A stretch of DNA of 64,000 bases from Nitrosopumilaceae archaeon. Its GTDB lineage: Archaea; Thermoproteota; Nitrososphaeria; Nitrososphaerales; Nitrosopumilaceae. A program made the translations under genes and the position numbers. Every line of letters starts with the position of its first letter. Position 1 is the first letter of the stretch. The notes under the pieces are model-generated. The model ran no database searches. It worked only from the letters and a program-made list of their open reading frames with translations, and was not told the DNA's origin. The DNA lies in NCBI GenBank assembly GCA_965203465.1, contig CBDBCR010000001.1, positions 832,001 to 896,000 of the forward strand, in the 5' to 3' direction. This document shows, piece by piece, positions 29,020 to 38,922 of this stretch.

Positions 29020-30270
29020 ATCCCACTCGCCGGTCCTTTCTATGCGGATCTCTTCGGACTTGTTCTTGCGCGCGCGCTCGACTATGATGCGCAGCGGCCC
29101 CACCTCCACCTTGTCGCCCTCGCTCGGTATGTCCTGGAGGCGCTCGTGGAGCAGCCCGTTCAGGCTGGAGTGGGATTCGGGCAGCCGCGTCGCGAATATC
29201 TGGTTTACCTCGGCTATCGTTATCTCGCCGGTCGTGATCACCGTGCTCGCGTCGATGCGCCTGTACGCCGCCTTGCGCGCCTTGTCGCTTTCGTCCTCTA
29301 TGTCGCCGACTATCTCCTCTAGCAGGTCCTCGAGGGTCACGAGGCCCTCGACGCCGCCGTGCTCGTCGACCACTATCGCCATGTGGGTCTTGCGCCCCTG
29401 CATCTCGCGCAGCATCGCGTTGATGGGCTTTTCGGGGGAGGTGAAGACGGGCTCGCGCGCTATCTGCTCGAGCGTGACCGCGCGCCTGCCGTCCTCGATG
29501 GCCTTGAGCGCGTCGCGTATGTGGACGAACCCGACTATCTCGTCGCGCGTGCCGCCGTGTATCGGTATCCGGGAGTGGCCGCTCTGGTTTATGGCGTGCA
29601 GCGCCTCGAACAGTATCGTCTTTGCGTGCATCGTGAACATGCGGGTGCGCGGGACCATGACGCTGCGCACCGCCTTGTCGTCGAAGCGCAGCGCGCCGTG
29701 GACCAGCTCGGTCTCTTCCCTTTCCAGCGCCTTTTCGGCCAGGCCCTGGTCTATGACGCCGCGTATCTCCTCTTCGGTGATCGGGGGCGGGACGTAGCTG
29801 CTGCCGGTAATCTTCACCACGCCGCGCGTGATGTACTCGAACATCTTGACGACGGGGTACAGCGCGTAGCTGAACGCGAGCAGCACGGGGGCGAACCTCA
29901 GCGATATCTTGGTGGCGTTGGCGTTGCAGTACGTCTTTGGGGTGATCTCGCCGAAGACCAGTATCAGAAACGTCATGATGCCGACGGCTATGCCGAGCCC
30001 GTCGTCGCCGAACATCCGTATGGCCACGCTGGTGGCCAGCGCCGAGGCGCCCACGTTGACCAGGTTGTTGCCCAGGTTCACGCTGGCCATCATCCAGCCG
30101 GGGTTGGACTTTAGGCGGTGCAGGGCGCGCGAGCCCTTTTTCTTGTCGCGCAGCAGCTGGGCCACCTTGGAGCTGCTCGTGCCCACCAGGGCCACCTCGA
30201 GGCCGCTGAAAAACCCCGACAGGCCCACCAAGACTGCTAGCGAGGCGGCCTCCGCCCAGATGTCAACCAA
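28996..30270 (-). CDS. hemolysin/CNNM-family CBS-domain protein
   Basis: SGFFSGLEVA, FGEITPK, SRIPI, VDEHGGVEGLVTLEDLLEEIVGDI. Confidence 0.93.
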   Translation of the reverse strand: MVDIWAEAASLAVLVGLSGFFSGLEVALVGTSSSKVAQLLRDKKKGSRALHRLKSNPGWMMASVNLGNNLVNVGASALATSVAIRMFGDDGLGIAVGIMTFLILVFGEITPKTYCNANATKISLRFAPVLLAFSYALYPVVKMFEYITRGVVKITGSSYVPPPITEEEIRGVIDQGLAEKALEREETELVHGALRFDDKAVRSVMVPRTRMFTMHAKTILFEALHAINQSGHSRIPIHGGTRDEIVGFVHIRDALKAIEDGRRAVTLEQIAREPVFTSPEKPINAMLREMQGRKTHMAIVVDEHGGVEGLVTLEDLLEEIVGDIEDESDKARKAAYRRIDASTVITTGEITIAEVNQIFATRLPESHSSLNGLLHERLQDIPSEGDKVEVGPLRIIVERARKNKSEEIRIERTGEWDLTGERVL

Positions 30271-30497
30271 GCTTGCCTGCTCCCGCTCCCGACGCCACTT
30301 CGCCTACCAAATGCCCTGCCCCCGCATGGCTTGCGATATTATTTAATGATTGGCCGGGGCCGGCCCCCCGGCCGCCGCCGTCCGTGCCTGCGCGCGGCCG
30401 CCCAGGTTCTGCGGGCGCGCGAAAACGCGCCGCCGGGGCCGGCGCCCCGCCGCGATCCCGTCTATCTATAAATTGGAAACGGCGCCCCGCCGCGCCG

Positions 30498-31805
30498 TTG
30501 CGCGCGTACCTCAAATGCATCGATCCGGGGTGCGGCCTAGAGTACGGCGTCGGGCAGGCGCGCGTGGAGTGCGAAAAGGGCCACCTGCTCGACGTGCTCT
30601 ATTCGGAGGCGCCGCCCGAATCCCTAAAGGAAAAGTTCCTCGCCAGGCGCGATCCGGGCGGCAGCATATTCAACGAGAGCGGGGTGTGGCGGTTCCGCGA
30701 GCTGCTCAACTTCTGCCAGATAGACGCCGAGGACGCCGGGCAGTGCGCAGGCTCGCTCGTCTCGCTCGACGGCGCCGAGGGCCGCCAGTCCAAGCCGTAC
30801 CGCATGTCGCGCGCCTCTGAATTCGCCGGCCTCGGGAGGGGATCGCTGTGGCTGCAGCCGGAGGGGTACAACCCGAGCGGCTCGTTCAAGGACAACGGGA
30901 TGGCCACGGCCGTCACGCACGCGCGCATGGTCGGCGCCGACAGGCTGGTGTGCGCCTCGACGGGCAACACGTCGGCCTCGGCGGCCATGTTCGCGGCCAA
31001 CGAGGGGCTAAAGTGCGAGGTGTACATACCGTCGGGGCAGATAGCGCCGGGCAAGCTGGGCCAGGCCTACCAGTTCGGCGCGCAGATAGTCGAAGTTGAC
31101 GGCAACTTTGACGACGCGCTCGAAAGGTCGCTCTCGGAGGCGCGCGAGCGCGGCGGGTACACGGTCAATTCGGTAAACCCGTTCCGCATAGAGGGGCAGA
31201 AGACCATACCGTTCCGGGCGCTGGAATACCTGGGGTGGGAGCCGCCCGACTGGATAGTGTACCCGGGCGGGGCCCTGGGCAACACGTCCAGCTGCGGCAA
31301 GGCGCTCTCGGAGCTGCTCGAGTGGGGCTGGATAAAAAAGGCGCCGCGCATAGCCGTGATCAACGCAGAGGGCGCATCGACGCTCGCCGACCTGTACAAC
31401 GGCGAAAACCTGAGGTGGAATGGGGGGAGGCCCGACGCGGACCTGCTCGCCGGGTACCTCGCCGGCCAGGGCTCGCGGCCCAGCACGCGGGCCACGGCCA
31501 TACAGATAGGGCGGCCGGCCAACATACTCAAGGGGCTGCGGGCGCTCGAGCTGACCGACGGCGTGGTCGCCACCGTCTCGGACTCCGAGATGCTCGACGC
31601 CATGTCGGTGGTGGGCCTCAACGGGTTCGACTGCGAGATGGCCTCGGGCGCCTCGCTTGCGGGCATACGCAAGCTGGTATCGGACGGCACCATCGCCCCC
31701 GACGAGACGGTCGTCGGGGTGCTGACGGGCCGCCAAAAGGACGCCATGCTGCCGGTCGAGTACCACAACGATCCGTCCAACGCGTTCGCCAGGCCGCCGC
31801 GCTGA
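30498..31805 (+). CDS. thrC: threonine synthase
   Basis: EGYNPSGSFKD, CASTGNTSAS, NSVNPFRIEGQKT; start TTG 30498. Confidence 0.93.
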   Translation: MRAYLKCIDPGCGLEYGVGQARVECEKGHLLDVLYSEAPPESLKEKFLARRDPGGSIFNESGVWRFRELLNFCQIDAEDAGQCAGSLVSLDGAEGRQSKPYRMSRASEFAGLGRGSLWLQPEGYNPSGSFKDNGMATAVTHARMVGADRLVCASTGNTSASAAMFAANEGLKCEVYIPSGQIAPGKLGQAYQFGAQIVEVDGNFDDALERSLSEARERGGYTVNSVNPFRIEGQKTIPFRALEYLGWEPPDWIVYPGGALGNTSSCGKALSELLEWGWIKKAPRIAVINAEGASTLADLYNGENLRWNGGRPDADLLAGYLAGQGSRPSTRATAIQIGRPANILKGLRALELTDGVVATVSDSEMLDAMSVVGLNGFDCEMASGASLAGIRKLVSDGTIAPDETVVGVLTGRQKDAMLPVEYHNDPSNAFARPPR

Positions 31806-31865
31806 AGAACCTAGTGCGCAGGCGGCTGCCAAACGTTAATACCGGCGCGGGGCCCGGAGCGGGGC

Positions 31866-32483
31866 ATGGAGCCGGCCATAAAGATGGAGCCGGGCAAGGG
31901 CCCGGAGCACTACGTCCGCATGTACCTGACCGATCCCGACTACAAGGTCTGGTTCCACCGCACGCACCCCGGCATCACCATATTCGAGGGCCTGGGCATA
32001 ACCGAGCCCGAGTTCGAGAGGATGGCGGCCGGGCTCGAGCCGGCAGAGCCGCGCGACGAGCGGGGCGAGGCTCTGGCAAAGACGGTCTTCGACTCGGAGC
32101 CGGAGACCTACGAGAGGCGCACGTTCGAAGAGTTCGTCGACGAAAGGACGCTGACGAGCCGCGACCTGTTCGGCAAGAAGGAGATGAAGATAAAGGTGCT
32201 GGAGGTCTCTGACGAGCTGCAGCAGTCCAAGATACGCTGGAAGTTCGGCGACCGGGTAAAGGTGGACAAGATCGTGGTCACCATAAAGCACCTGGACACC
32301 ATGCAGGTCGAGGAGGGCGAGTTCGACATCGCGGCCATCGAAAAGGAGATCTCCGAAAAGCGCCACTATTCGTCCACCAACAGGTGGATACCGGTCTCGG
32401 ACATCAAGAACGGGTACGTGGTGAGCTCAAAGCACACGGCCCTGATCAGCGACGCGGTCGCGCTCGACTACATCGCGTTTTAA
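31866..32483 (+). CDS. conserved hypothetical protein
   Basis: Protein-like ORF with strong coding bias. Confidence 0.8.
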   Translation: MEPAIKMEPGKGPEHYVRMYLTDPDYKVWFHRTHPGITIFEGLGITEPEFERMAAGLEPAEPRDERGEALAKTVFDSEPETYERRTFEEFVDERTLTSRDLFGKKEMKIKVLEVSDELQQSKIRWKFGDRVKVDKIVVTIKHLDTMQVEEGEFDIAAIEKEISEKRHYSSTNRWIPVSDIKNGYVVSSKHTALISDAVALDYIAF

Positions 32484-32517
32484 ACCCTAAAATCCGGCGC
32501 GCCGCCGGGCCGGGCCC

Positions 32518-33276
32518 GTGGAGGTGATACCGGTGCGGGCCGGCCTCAAGACCGGGCCGTTCGATCTGTACGAGGATCTGGCCGCCGCCTCGGAGGCGGC
32601 AGGCGGGGTGCGCGAGGGCGACGTGGTGGCCGTCTCCAGCAAGTACGTCTCGGTCTCGCAGGGCAGGACCGTCCGGCTGGGCGGGGTGCGCCAGTACCCG
32701 GGCGGCAGGGGCCTGGCGTCCGGGTACCGCGTGCGCGCCGGGCTCGCCGAGCTGATACACCGCGAATCCGACGAGGTGCTCGGCGGCGTGGCCGGCTTCG
32801 TCATGGCGTCCTGGCGGGGGACGCTGGCGCCCAACGCCGGCATAGACGCGTCCAACTCGGGAGGGGACGCGGTGCTGTACCCGCACGAGCCGCCCCGCGC
32901 GGCCGAAGACCTGCGGCGCCGCATATTCCTTGGAGGTGGGGTGCGCGCCGGGGTGATATTTTCGGACAGCCGGCTGATGCCGTCGCGCGCCGGCACCGTG
33001 GCGGTGTCGGTGGCGTGCGCCGGGATGCGGCAGGTGCGCGACCTGCGGGCCGTGCCGGACCTGCACGGCAGGCCGCTGCGCGTGACCATGGAGGCCTCGG
33101 CGGATTCGCTCGCGACCGCGGCCAACCACGTGATGGGCGAGGGGGCCGAATCGATCCCGTACGCCCTGGTGCGCGGCTCGGGTGCGGTGCTCACGGCCGG
33201 GCCGCCGGGGCCGGGCCAGGGCGTGGCGCCCGGCTCTTGCGTGTACGAGCGCAGCTTTGAAGACAAGTACGGGTAA
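32518..33276 (+). CDS. cofE: coenzyme F420-0:L-glutamate ligase
   Basis: VSSKYVSVSQGR, PNAGIDASN, DLHGRPLRVT, MGEGAESIP. Confidence 0.9.
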   Translation: MEVIPVRAGLKTGPFDLYEDLAAASEAAGGVREGDVVAVSSKYVSVSQGRTVRLGGVRQYPGGRGLASGYRVRAGLAELIHRESDEVLGGVAGFVMASWRGTLAPNAGIDASNSGGDAVLYPHEPPRAAEDLRRRIFLGGGVRAGVIFSDSRLMPSRAGTVAVSVACAGMRQVRDLRAVPDLHGRPLRVTMEASADSLATAANHVMGEGAESIPYALVRGSGAVLTAGPPGPGQGVAPGSCVYERSFEDKYG

Positions 33277-33301
33277 ATATGGCCGCCGGAACCAGGGCGC
33301 C

Positions 33302-33844
33302 GTGTACAGGACAAAGTACCCGAGGACGATGCTGCTCGAGGGGGGGGCCGAGAGCAGCACGCGCTCGGGGGGCGAAGGGCTCGACGAGATGAACGTGGAG
33401 GCCTGCTCGGGCCGGCGGGAACTGTTCGAGGCCCTGCGGCGCGAGGGGTTCGCCGAGGTGCGCTTCGAGCACCGCCGGCCCGGGCAGGTGGGGCGCGGCA
33501 TGTCCCTGAGGCTGGCAGGCTCGTGGGAGATGCACCTGCGCGTCTCGCGCAGCGGCGGGAGGCTGCTGATACACGCAGAGGTCGAGGTCTCGCGCGACTA
33601 TATGCAGCACCTGTTCACGCAGCGCACGCCCGTAGTCTACGAGGTGGTCCGGATACTGGAGCGGCACGGCATAGGGGCGCACATCTGGGATCCGAGGCAC
33701 GGCCGCAGGGTGGAGGCTGTCAGGAACACGTGGCGCGTCTCGCTGGCCCCGCCGGTCCTGCCGCCGCTGGCATGGAAGCCGCTCGTCTATTCGATAGGGG
33801 CGATAGGGGTGCTGTACCTGGCAAAATACCTGGCTACCGTCTAG
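33302..33844 (+). CDS. conserved hypothetical protein with C-terminal TM helix
   Basis: WEMHLR, HAEVEVSRDYMQHL; start GTG 33302. Confidence 0.75.
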   Translation: MYRTKYPRTMLLEGGAESSTRSGGEGLDEMNVEACSGRRELFEALRREGFAEVRFEHRRPGQVGRGMSLRLAGSWEMHLRVSRSGGRLLIHAEVEVSRDYMQHLFTQRTPVVYEVVRILERHGIGAHIWDPRHGRRVEAVRNTWRVSLAPPVLPPLAWKPLVYSIGAIGVLYLAKYLATV

Positions 33845-34158
33845 ATGCCCAGGCCGTCGGCCTTTGTGATGTCCAGGTACACCTTGTCGCCCACGCCCAG
33901 CTCCAAGTCCTTGTACTCGTGCATGTCCAGCTTTATGGAGGTCACGCCCACCTGGGAGCCGTTCATGCTGGCCATCATCTTGTTGATGTCCCTCATCATG
34001 TCGCCCATGTTGGAGACGCCCATCACCTTGGGGCCGAACGGGCTCTGCAGCTGATCCTGATCCTCGCGCATCTCCTTTGCGCCCATGAGCGAGACTATAA
34101 CGTACGGGTTGCCGTCCGACGAGGAGTCTATGCTCTTGACCACGTACTCTTTCCTCAT
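33841..34158 (-). CDS. conserved hypothetical protein
   Basis: Protein-like ORF ending LELGVGDKVYLDI; TATA upstream. Confidence 0.8.
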   Translation of the reverse strand: MRKEYVVKSIDSSSDGNPYVIVSLMGAKEMREDQDQLQSPFGPKVMGVSNMGDMMRDINKMMASMNGSQVGVTSIKLDMHEYKDLELGVGDKVYLDITKADGLGI

Positions 34159-34189
34159 GCGAACCGGGGGCGGGGCGGTTATATTTTAA

Positions 34190-34322
34190 GCCTTGGCAGG
34201 GCATTCGCCGGACTCGCCCCCGCCATCTCTTGTGCCTTCAACTTGTCTGGCTACACTCTAGCATGTTTCATCGGCGCTGCCCGTATCGGGCTTGACTGCG
34301 TGCAGCCGCCCTGCCTTGGCAG
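34190..34322. ncRNA. candidate structured non-coding RNA
   Basis: Non-coding gap closed by the GGCAGGGC(34195)/GCCCTGCC(34308) stem, with internal hairpins GCCCG-TAT-CGGGC and CTGC-GT-GCAG. Confidence 0.35.
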
Positions 34323-34386
34323 ACGATGGGCGCCCGCGCCGCCCCCGTCAGCACGCTTTATTTACGCAGGCCCCGCCCGGCAGGCC

Positions 34387-34923
34387 GTGTCAGAGACGCC
34401 TTCGGCGCGCATGGACTACTACGGGATATCGCCGTGGGAAGTCGAGGTGGCCTACGGGTACCTGAGCGGCAAGTTCCGCGTGGAGCAGCGGGAAGAGGAG
34501 CAGACCGGCGAGGAGGAGTTTGTCAGCTGCCTGCGCCTGTCCATGCCGGTGCAGTTCGGCGAGCGGTTCTTCAAGTGGTTCGAGCTGCGCAGGTGGGAGC
34601 GCCTAAAGGGCCTGTTCAAGGAGATGAAGCGGCGGCGCGGCTCGGGCAACGCCATAAGGATAGATGTGATCTTCGAGGGGGCCCCGTCGGTGGAATTCTC
34701 GGTCGACGCGCACGACAAGGCCAGCTTTGACAGGGCCGTGGAAAAGATGGACTTTGTGGCAGAGCTGCTGCCCTACCACCTGGCCCCGGGCAGCCTGCCG
34801 CCGGGCGCCGAGGCCGTCTCGTATTCGTTCGACGCCGAATCTGCGCGCTGGGCCGTCGGCTCTGCCCGCGCGGGCGGATCAAAGTTCGTGCGCGCCGGCG
34901 ACGGCTGGGCCAAGGCGGCCTAG
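34387..34923 (+). CDS. conserved hypothetical protein
   Basis: Protein-like part of the track ORF (YYGISPWEVEV...KEMKRRRGSG); start GTG 34387. Confidence 0.78.
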   Translation: MSETPSARMDYYGISPWEVEVAYGYLSGKFRVEQREEEQTGEEEFVSCLRLSMPVQFGERFFKWFELRRWERLKGLFKEMKRRRGSGNAIRIDVIFEGAPSVEFSVDAHDKASFDRAVEKMDFVAELLPYHLAPGSLPPGAEAVSYSFDAESARWAVGSARAGGSKFVRAGDGWAKAA

Positions 34924-35873
34924 ACTTCCATGGAATCGAGTATCCCCGAGACGTCGGTGGACGGGCGGCCGCCCGAGGATATCCTCTGCTCGGAGGGCGG
35001 GTTTTCCAGGTAGTCGGGCACGCGCCCGGATATGCGCTCGGCGTACGGCGATATCAGGTCGTTGCGGTAAAAGACCCCGGTGGGTATCTTTGTTCCCCAT
35101 TCCAGCGACTTTACCATCGCCTGGGCCAGCTTTTCGTCCAGATCCGAATCGTCGCGCACGTTGCCGTCGTAGCCGGTCTCTTCGAGCTTGTATATGCGCG
35201 AGTGGCGCTCGGCGGCCTCCGAGAGGCCCTCGCCGGCGAACCAGTCGCGCGTGTTGATGTCGTTGTAGGTGGGGCACGGCTGCAGCACGTCCAGGAACGA
35301 GAGGCCCTCGTGTTGCACCGCCTGCTCTATCAGGTCCTTCAGCTGCCGTATGTCGTAAGAGTACCCGCGGCCCACGAAGGTGAACCCGCTCGTGACGGCA
35401 AGCCCTATGGCGTTGACCCCGTAGTTGGGGTTGGGCGACGAGAGCGACTTTGTCTTTTCGCCCAGCTTTAGGGTGGGCGAGGCCTGCCCCTTGGTGAGCC
35501 CGTACACCCCGTTGTCAAAGATGATGTACGTCATGTCCACGTTGCGCCTGCCGGCGGCCACGAAGTGGCCCGCCCCTATCCCGAGGCCGTCGCCGTCGCC
35601 GCCGACAGCGACCACCGTCAGGCCGGGGTTGGCTATCTTTGCCCCCTGCGCGAAAGTCAGCACGCGCCCGTGCAGGGTGTGCACGCCGTACACGTTGACG
35701 TAGTGCGAGGTCTTGCCCGAGCAGCCTATGCCGGAGAACAGCGCGGCCCTGTCGCGCTCTATGCCCATCTCGGCCAGGGCCATCTGTATGGCGTTGACTA
35801 TGCCAAAGTCGCCGCAGCCGGGGCACCAGTCGTTGTGCACGCCGGTCTTGTAGTCGGCGAACTTAAGCGCCGT
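34920..35873 (-). CDS. 2-oxoacid:ferredoxin oxidoreductase beta subunit
   Basis: WCPGCGDFG, GIGCS, GGDGD, YGLTKGQASPT; start probably ACG 35873 (alternative GTG 35840). Confidence 0.95.
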   Translation of the reverse strand, partial: TALKFADYKTGVHNDWCPGCGDFGIVNAIQMALAEMGIERDRAALFSGIGCSGKTSHYVNVYGVHTLHGRVLTFAQGAKIANPGLTVVAVGGDGDGLGIGAGHFVAAGRRNVDMTYIIFDNGVYGLTKGQASPTLKLGEKTKSLSSPNPNYGVNAIGLAVTSGFTFVGRGYSYDIRQLKDLIEQAVQHEGLSFLDVLQPCPTYNDINTRDWFAGEGLSEAAERHSRIYKLEETGYDGNVRDDSDLDEKLAQAMVKSLEWGTKIPTGVFYRNDLISPYAERISGRVPDYLENPPSEQRISSGGRPSTDVSGILDSMEV

Positions 35874-37761
35874 AGGTGAGCACCTCCCTCTCGCCGGCCC
35901 GGCCCGACGCCGCGCGCTTTATCGAATCGTACAGTTCCGTGCTGGTCATGGCGCGGCCCGTGTATTTGAGTATGTTGCAGTCGGGCGAGCGGCCCGTGTG
36001 CTGCCTGAAGATGGCCCCGAACTGCGCGGCGTAGTTGGCCTCCACGTTGACTATCGTCTCGGCGCCCTCCACCATCGACGAGACCAGCTTTGCGGGGAAC
36101 GGGTGTATCAGCTTTACCTGCACGAACCCGACGTCGAGGCCGTCGGCGCGCAGCGCCTTGAGGGCGTCGAGCAGGGGGCCCTTCGTCGAGCCCCACGAGA
36201 CCACCATGACTTTCCCGCCAAAGTGCCTGACGGCCTGCTCGCCCTCGGGCACCCCGTCGAGCACCATCTCCAGCCTGGACATGCGCTTGTCCATCATCCT
36301 GACGCGCAGGACGGGATCCTCCGTAATGTGGCCCTCCTCGTCGCTCTCGTCGCCGGTGTTCCAGAACACGCCGCCCTTTAGGCCCAGCCGCGAGCGCGGC
36401 GAGACACCGTCGTCGGTGAACTCGAACCGGCGGTAGCCCTCCTGCGCGGATTCTAGCAGCTTGCCGCGGTCTATCGAGACGCGGGAGGGCTCGAAGCGCG
36501 GGCACGTGGCCACCGAACTCGCGAGGAACTTGTCCATCATGTGTATCACCGGGATCTGGAACACGTCGGCGTAGTTGAAGCAGCGGCCCGTGTCGTAAAA
36601 GCTCTCCTCTATGTCGCCCGAGGCGTAGACGATCTTTGGAAAGTCGCCGTGGCCCGAGTTGACCGCGAACGCCAGATCGTCCTGGCCGTGCCTGGTGGGC
36701 AGGCCCGTCGACGGCCCGCTCCTCTGGTAGAGCGTGAGCACCATGGGGACCTCGTTGATGCCGGCCCACCCGAGTGCCTCGGTCATGAGCGCAAAGCCGG
36801 GCCCGGACGTCGAGGTCGAAGAGCGCGAGCCGGTCAGCGACGCCCCTATCATCATGCCGATGGCCGATATCTCGTCCTCGACCTGGACGACCACCGTCGA
36901 GCCCGAGCCGCCGCCGTCGAGCGAGAGGCGCTCGTGCGACTCCAGGTACATGCTCTCGTCCGAGGCCGGCGTTATCGGGTAGTAGGACTGGAACCGGCAC
37001 CCGGCGACTATCTTGCCCAGCGATGTCCCCTCGTGGCCCATGACGAGCATCGTGCCGGGCCTCTTTTCCGTGCCGGGGATCTTTTGGGACGCAAAGTTTG
37101 CCGCCGCGTGGTTGTACGCGTACTCTGCGGCCTCGCGGTTGAGGCGCGCGACGGCCGGCTTTTTGGCGAATATCTCGGACACGGCCTCGGACATCTGCGG
37201 GTAGGGCATCCCGAGGTACCCGGCGGCGAGCGCCACGCCCAGCACGTTGAACATGCGCACCATGCCCTTTAGGCGCTCGTTGCCCGTCTGCTCCGCGAGC
37301 CTGGCGAGCAGGTCGCGGAAAGGCACCGGTATCAGCTTTACGCCGCGCTTGCGGGCTATCTCCAGGGCCGAGGCGACGGTGCCGTCCGCGCCGTGCGATT
37401 CGAGGTCGGCGGCGAGCCTGCCGCGGAACTGCGGGTCTATGGTGCCCACCTGCCCGTGCGTCGTCCCCTCCATGGCAGAATCGTAGATGATGGCCTCGCG
37501 CACGTCGTCGTAGTGCCTGAACACGGTCTCTGCGTCGAAGCAGGTCATCAGGTCCACGCCGGTCACGTTGGAGGATATGGGCTCGTCCGAGACGCGCACC
37601 ACGAAGTAGCTGTGCTCGCCCTTTATGTTGGAGTAGAATTCGCGCTTGCCGAAGACGTGGTACCCGAGCCGCGCGCACGTCTTTGAGAATATGCTGGCCC
37701 CCGACTCCACGCCGCTTCCCTGCTGCCCGCCTATCAGCCAAGAATAGTCGACCGGCATCAT
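35863..37761 (-). CDS. 2-oxoacid:ferredoxin oxidoreductase alpha subunit
   Basis: YYPITPASDE, EDEISA, STSGPGFALM, QRSGPSTGLPT; start ATG 37761. Confidence 0.95.
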   Translation of the reverse strand: MMPVDYSWLIGGQQGSGVESGASIFSKTCARLGYHVFGKREFYSNIKGEHSYFVVRVSDEPISSNVTGVDLMTCFDAETVFRHYDDVREAIIYDSAMEGTTHGQVGTIDPQFRGRLAADLESHGADGTVASALEIARKRGVKLIPVPFRDLLARLAEQTGNERLKGMVRMFNVLGVALAAGYLGMPYPQMSEAVSEIFAKKPAVARLNREAAEYAYNHAAANFASQKIPGTEKRPGTMLVMGHEGTSLGKIVAGCRFQSYYPITPASDESMYLESHERLSLDGGGSGSTVVVQVEDEISAIGMMIGASLTGSRSSTSTSGPGFALMTEALGWAGINEVPMVLTLYQRSGPSTGLPTRHGQDDLAFAVNSGHGDFPKIVYASGDIEESFYDTGRCFNYADVFQIPVIHMMDKFLASSVATCPRFEPSRVSIDRGKLLESAQEGYRRFEFTDDGVSPRSRLGLKGGVFWNTGDESDEEGHITEDPVLRVRMMDKRMSRLEMVLDGVPEGEQAVRHFGGKVMVVSWGSTKGPLLDALKALRADGLDVGFVQVKLIHPFPAKLVSSMVEGAETIVNVEANYAAQFGAIFRQHTGRSPDCNILKYTGRAMTSTELYDSIKRAASGRAGEREVLTYGA

Positions 37762-37901
37762 TCGCCCCCGGTGGCCGCGTCGAAGAGGGCGCACTCGCAC
37801 TTGTCGCGCTCCCCGCAGTACGGGCAGACGCACCCGCACTGCTCTATGGAGTTGCCGCACTCTACGCATATGGCAAACTCGTCGGCGTCGCCCGAACCCA
37901 T
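37758..37901 (-). CDS. Cys-rich microprotein (47 aa, 8 Cys)
   Basis: MGSGDADEFAICVECGNSIEQCGCVCPYCGERDKCECALFDAATGGE; stop overlaps the alpha-subunit start. Confidence 0.8.
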   Translation of the reverse strand: MGSGDADEFAICVECGNSIEQCGCVCPYCGERDKCECALFDAATGGE

Positions 37902-37977
37902 GGCGGGTTTGGAGGATGTTGGTATAAATGGGTTGCACACGGGCGGCATATAATGGAACCCGTTCGGGGGGAGGCGC

Positions 37978-38922
37978 ATGCCGGCCAGAGCCGTGCTCAC
38001 GAGCCGGTTCCCGCGGAAGCCGCTTGAGCGCCTGCGCTCGCGGTGCGACCTTTTCGAGCACCGCGGCGCGCTGCCCATGCCGCGCGGCTCCCTGCTGCGC
38101 GCCGTGGAGGGGGCCGAGGGGCTGCTCTGCTTTCCGTACGACTTGGTCGACGCCGAACTGATGGAAGCTGCCCCGCGCCTGCGCGCCATAAGCACCTTCA
38201 GCGTGGGCCTGGATCACATAGATCTGGGGTACGCGCGCCGGCGCGGCATCGGGGTGGGGTACACGCCGGACGTGCTGACCGAGGCCACCGCCGACCTGAC
38301 GCTGGGCCTGATGCTGGACGTGATGCGCCGCGTCTCGGAGGGCGACAGGCGCGTGCGCGCCGGCAGGTGGCGGAGCGTGGACGGGGCGACCGACTACGTG
38401 GGATCGGATCTGGGCGGCAAGACGCTGGGCATAATAGGGATGGGCAGGATAGGGCGGGCCGTGGCGCGCCGCGCCGCCGCGTTCGGCATGAAGATAGTGT
38501 ACTGCGGGGGACATCTGGAGGGCGCGCAGAGCGTAAGCTTGGGGGAGCTTTGCGCGCGCAGCGACGTGGTGTCGGTGCACGCGCCCCACACGCCCGCGAC
38601 CGACCGACTGGTGGGCGGGGACTTTTTCAAGTCGATGAAGAGCACGGCCTTTCTGGTGAACACGGCGCGCGGCCGCATAGTAGACGAGCGGGCGCTTGCC
38701 GAGGCGCTCGAGGGGGGGCGGATAGCCGGCGCCGCGCTGGACGTATTCGAATCCGAGCCGCTGCGCCCCGGCCGCCTCTCGAGGCTGGACAACGCGGTGC
38801 TCTGCCCGCACATGGGGAGTTCGACGCGCGAGACGCGCGAGGCGATGGGGTGGGCCGCCGCGGAGAACCTGCTGTGCGCGCTTGACGGCAAAGATCCGCC
38901 GCGATCAGCCTATGGCGACTAG
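37978..38922 (+). CDS. D-isomer-specific 2-hydroxyacid dehydrogenase (glyoxylate reductase-like)
   Basis: GIIGMGRIG, VNTARG, LDVFESEP, PHMGS. Confidence 0.94.
   Translation: MPARAVLTSRFPRKPLERLRSRCDLFEHRGALPMPRGSLLRAVEGAEGLLCFPYDLVDAELMEAAPRLRAISTFSVGLDHIDLGYARRRGIGVGYTPDVLTEATADLTLGLMLDVMRRVSEGDRRVRAGRWRSVDGATDYVGSDLGGKTLGIIGMGRIGRAVARRAAAFGMKIVYCGGHLEGAQSVSLGELCARSDVVSVHAPHTPATDRLVGGDFFKSMKSTAFLVNTARGRIVDERALAEALEGGRIAGAALDVFESEPLRPGRLSRLDNAVLCPHMGSSTRETREAMGWAAAENLLCALDGKDPPRSAYGD

Noticed and set aside
37762-38811. 982-aa version of the oxidoreductase alpha subunit, and similar long fusions for wecB (to 43039), gap (from 26635) and truD (from 46417)
   Set aside because: Upstream parts are stop-free shadow sequence overlapping other real genes, not true fusions
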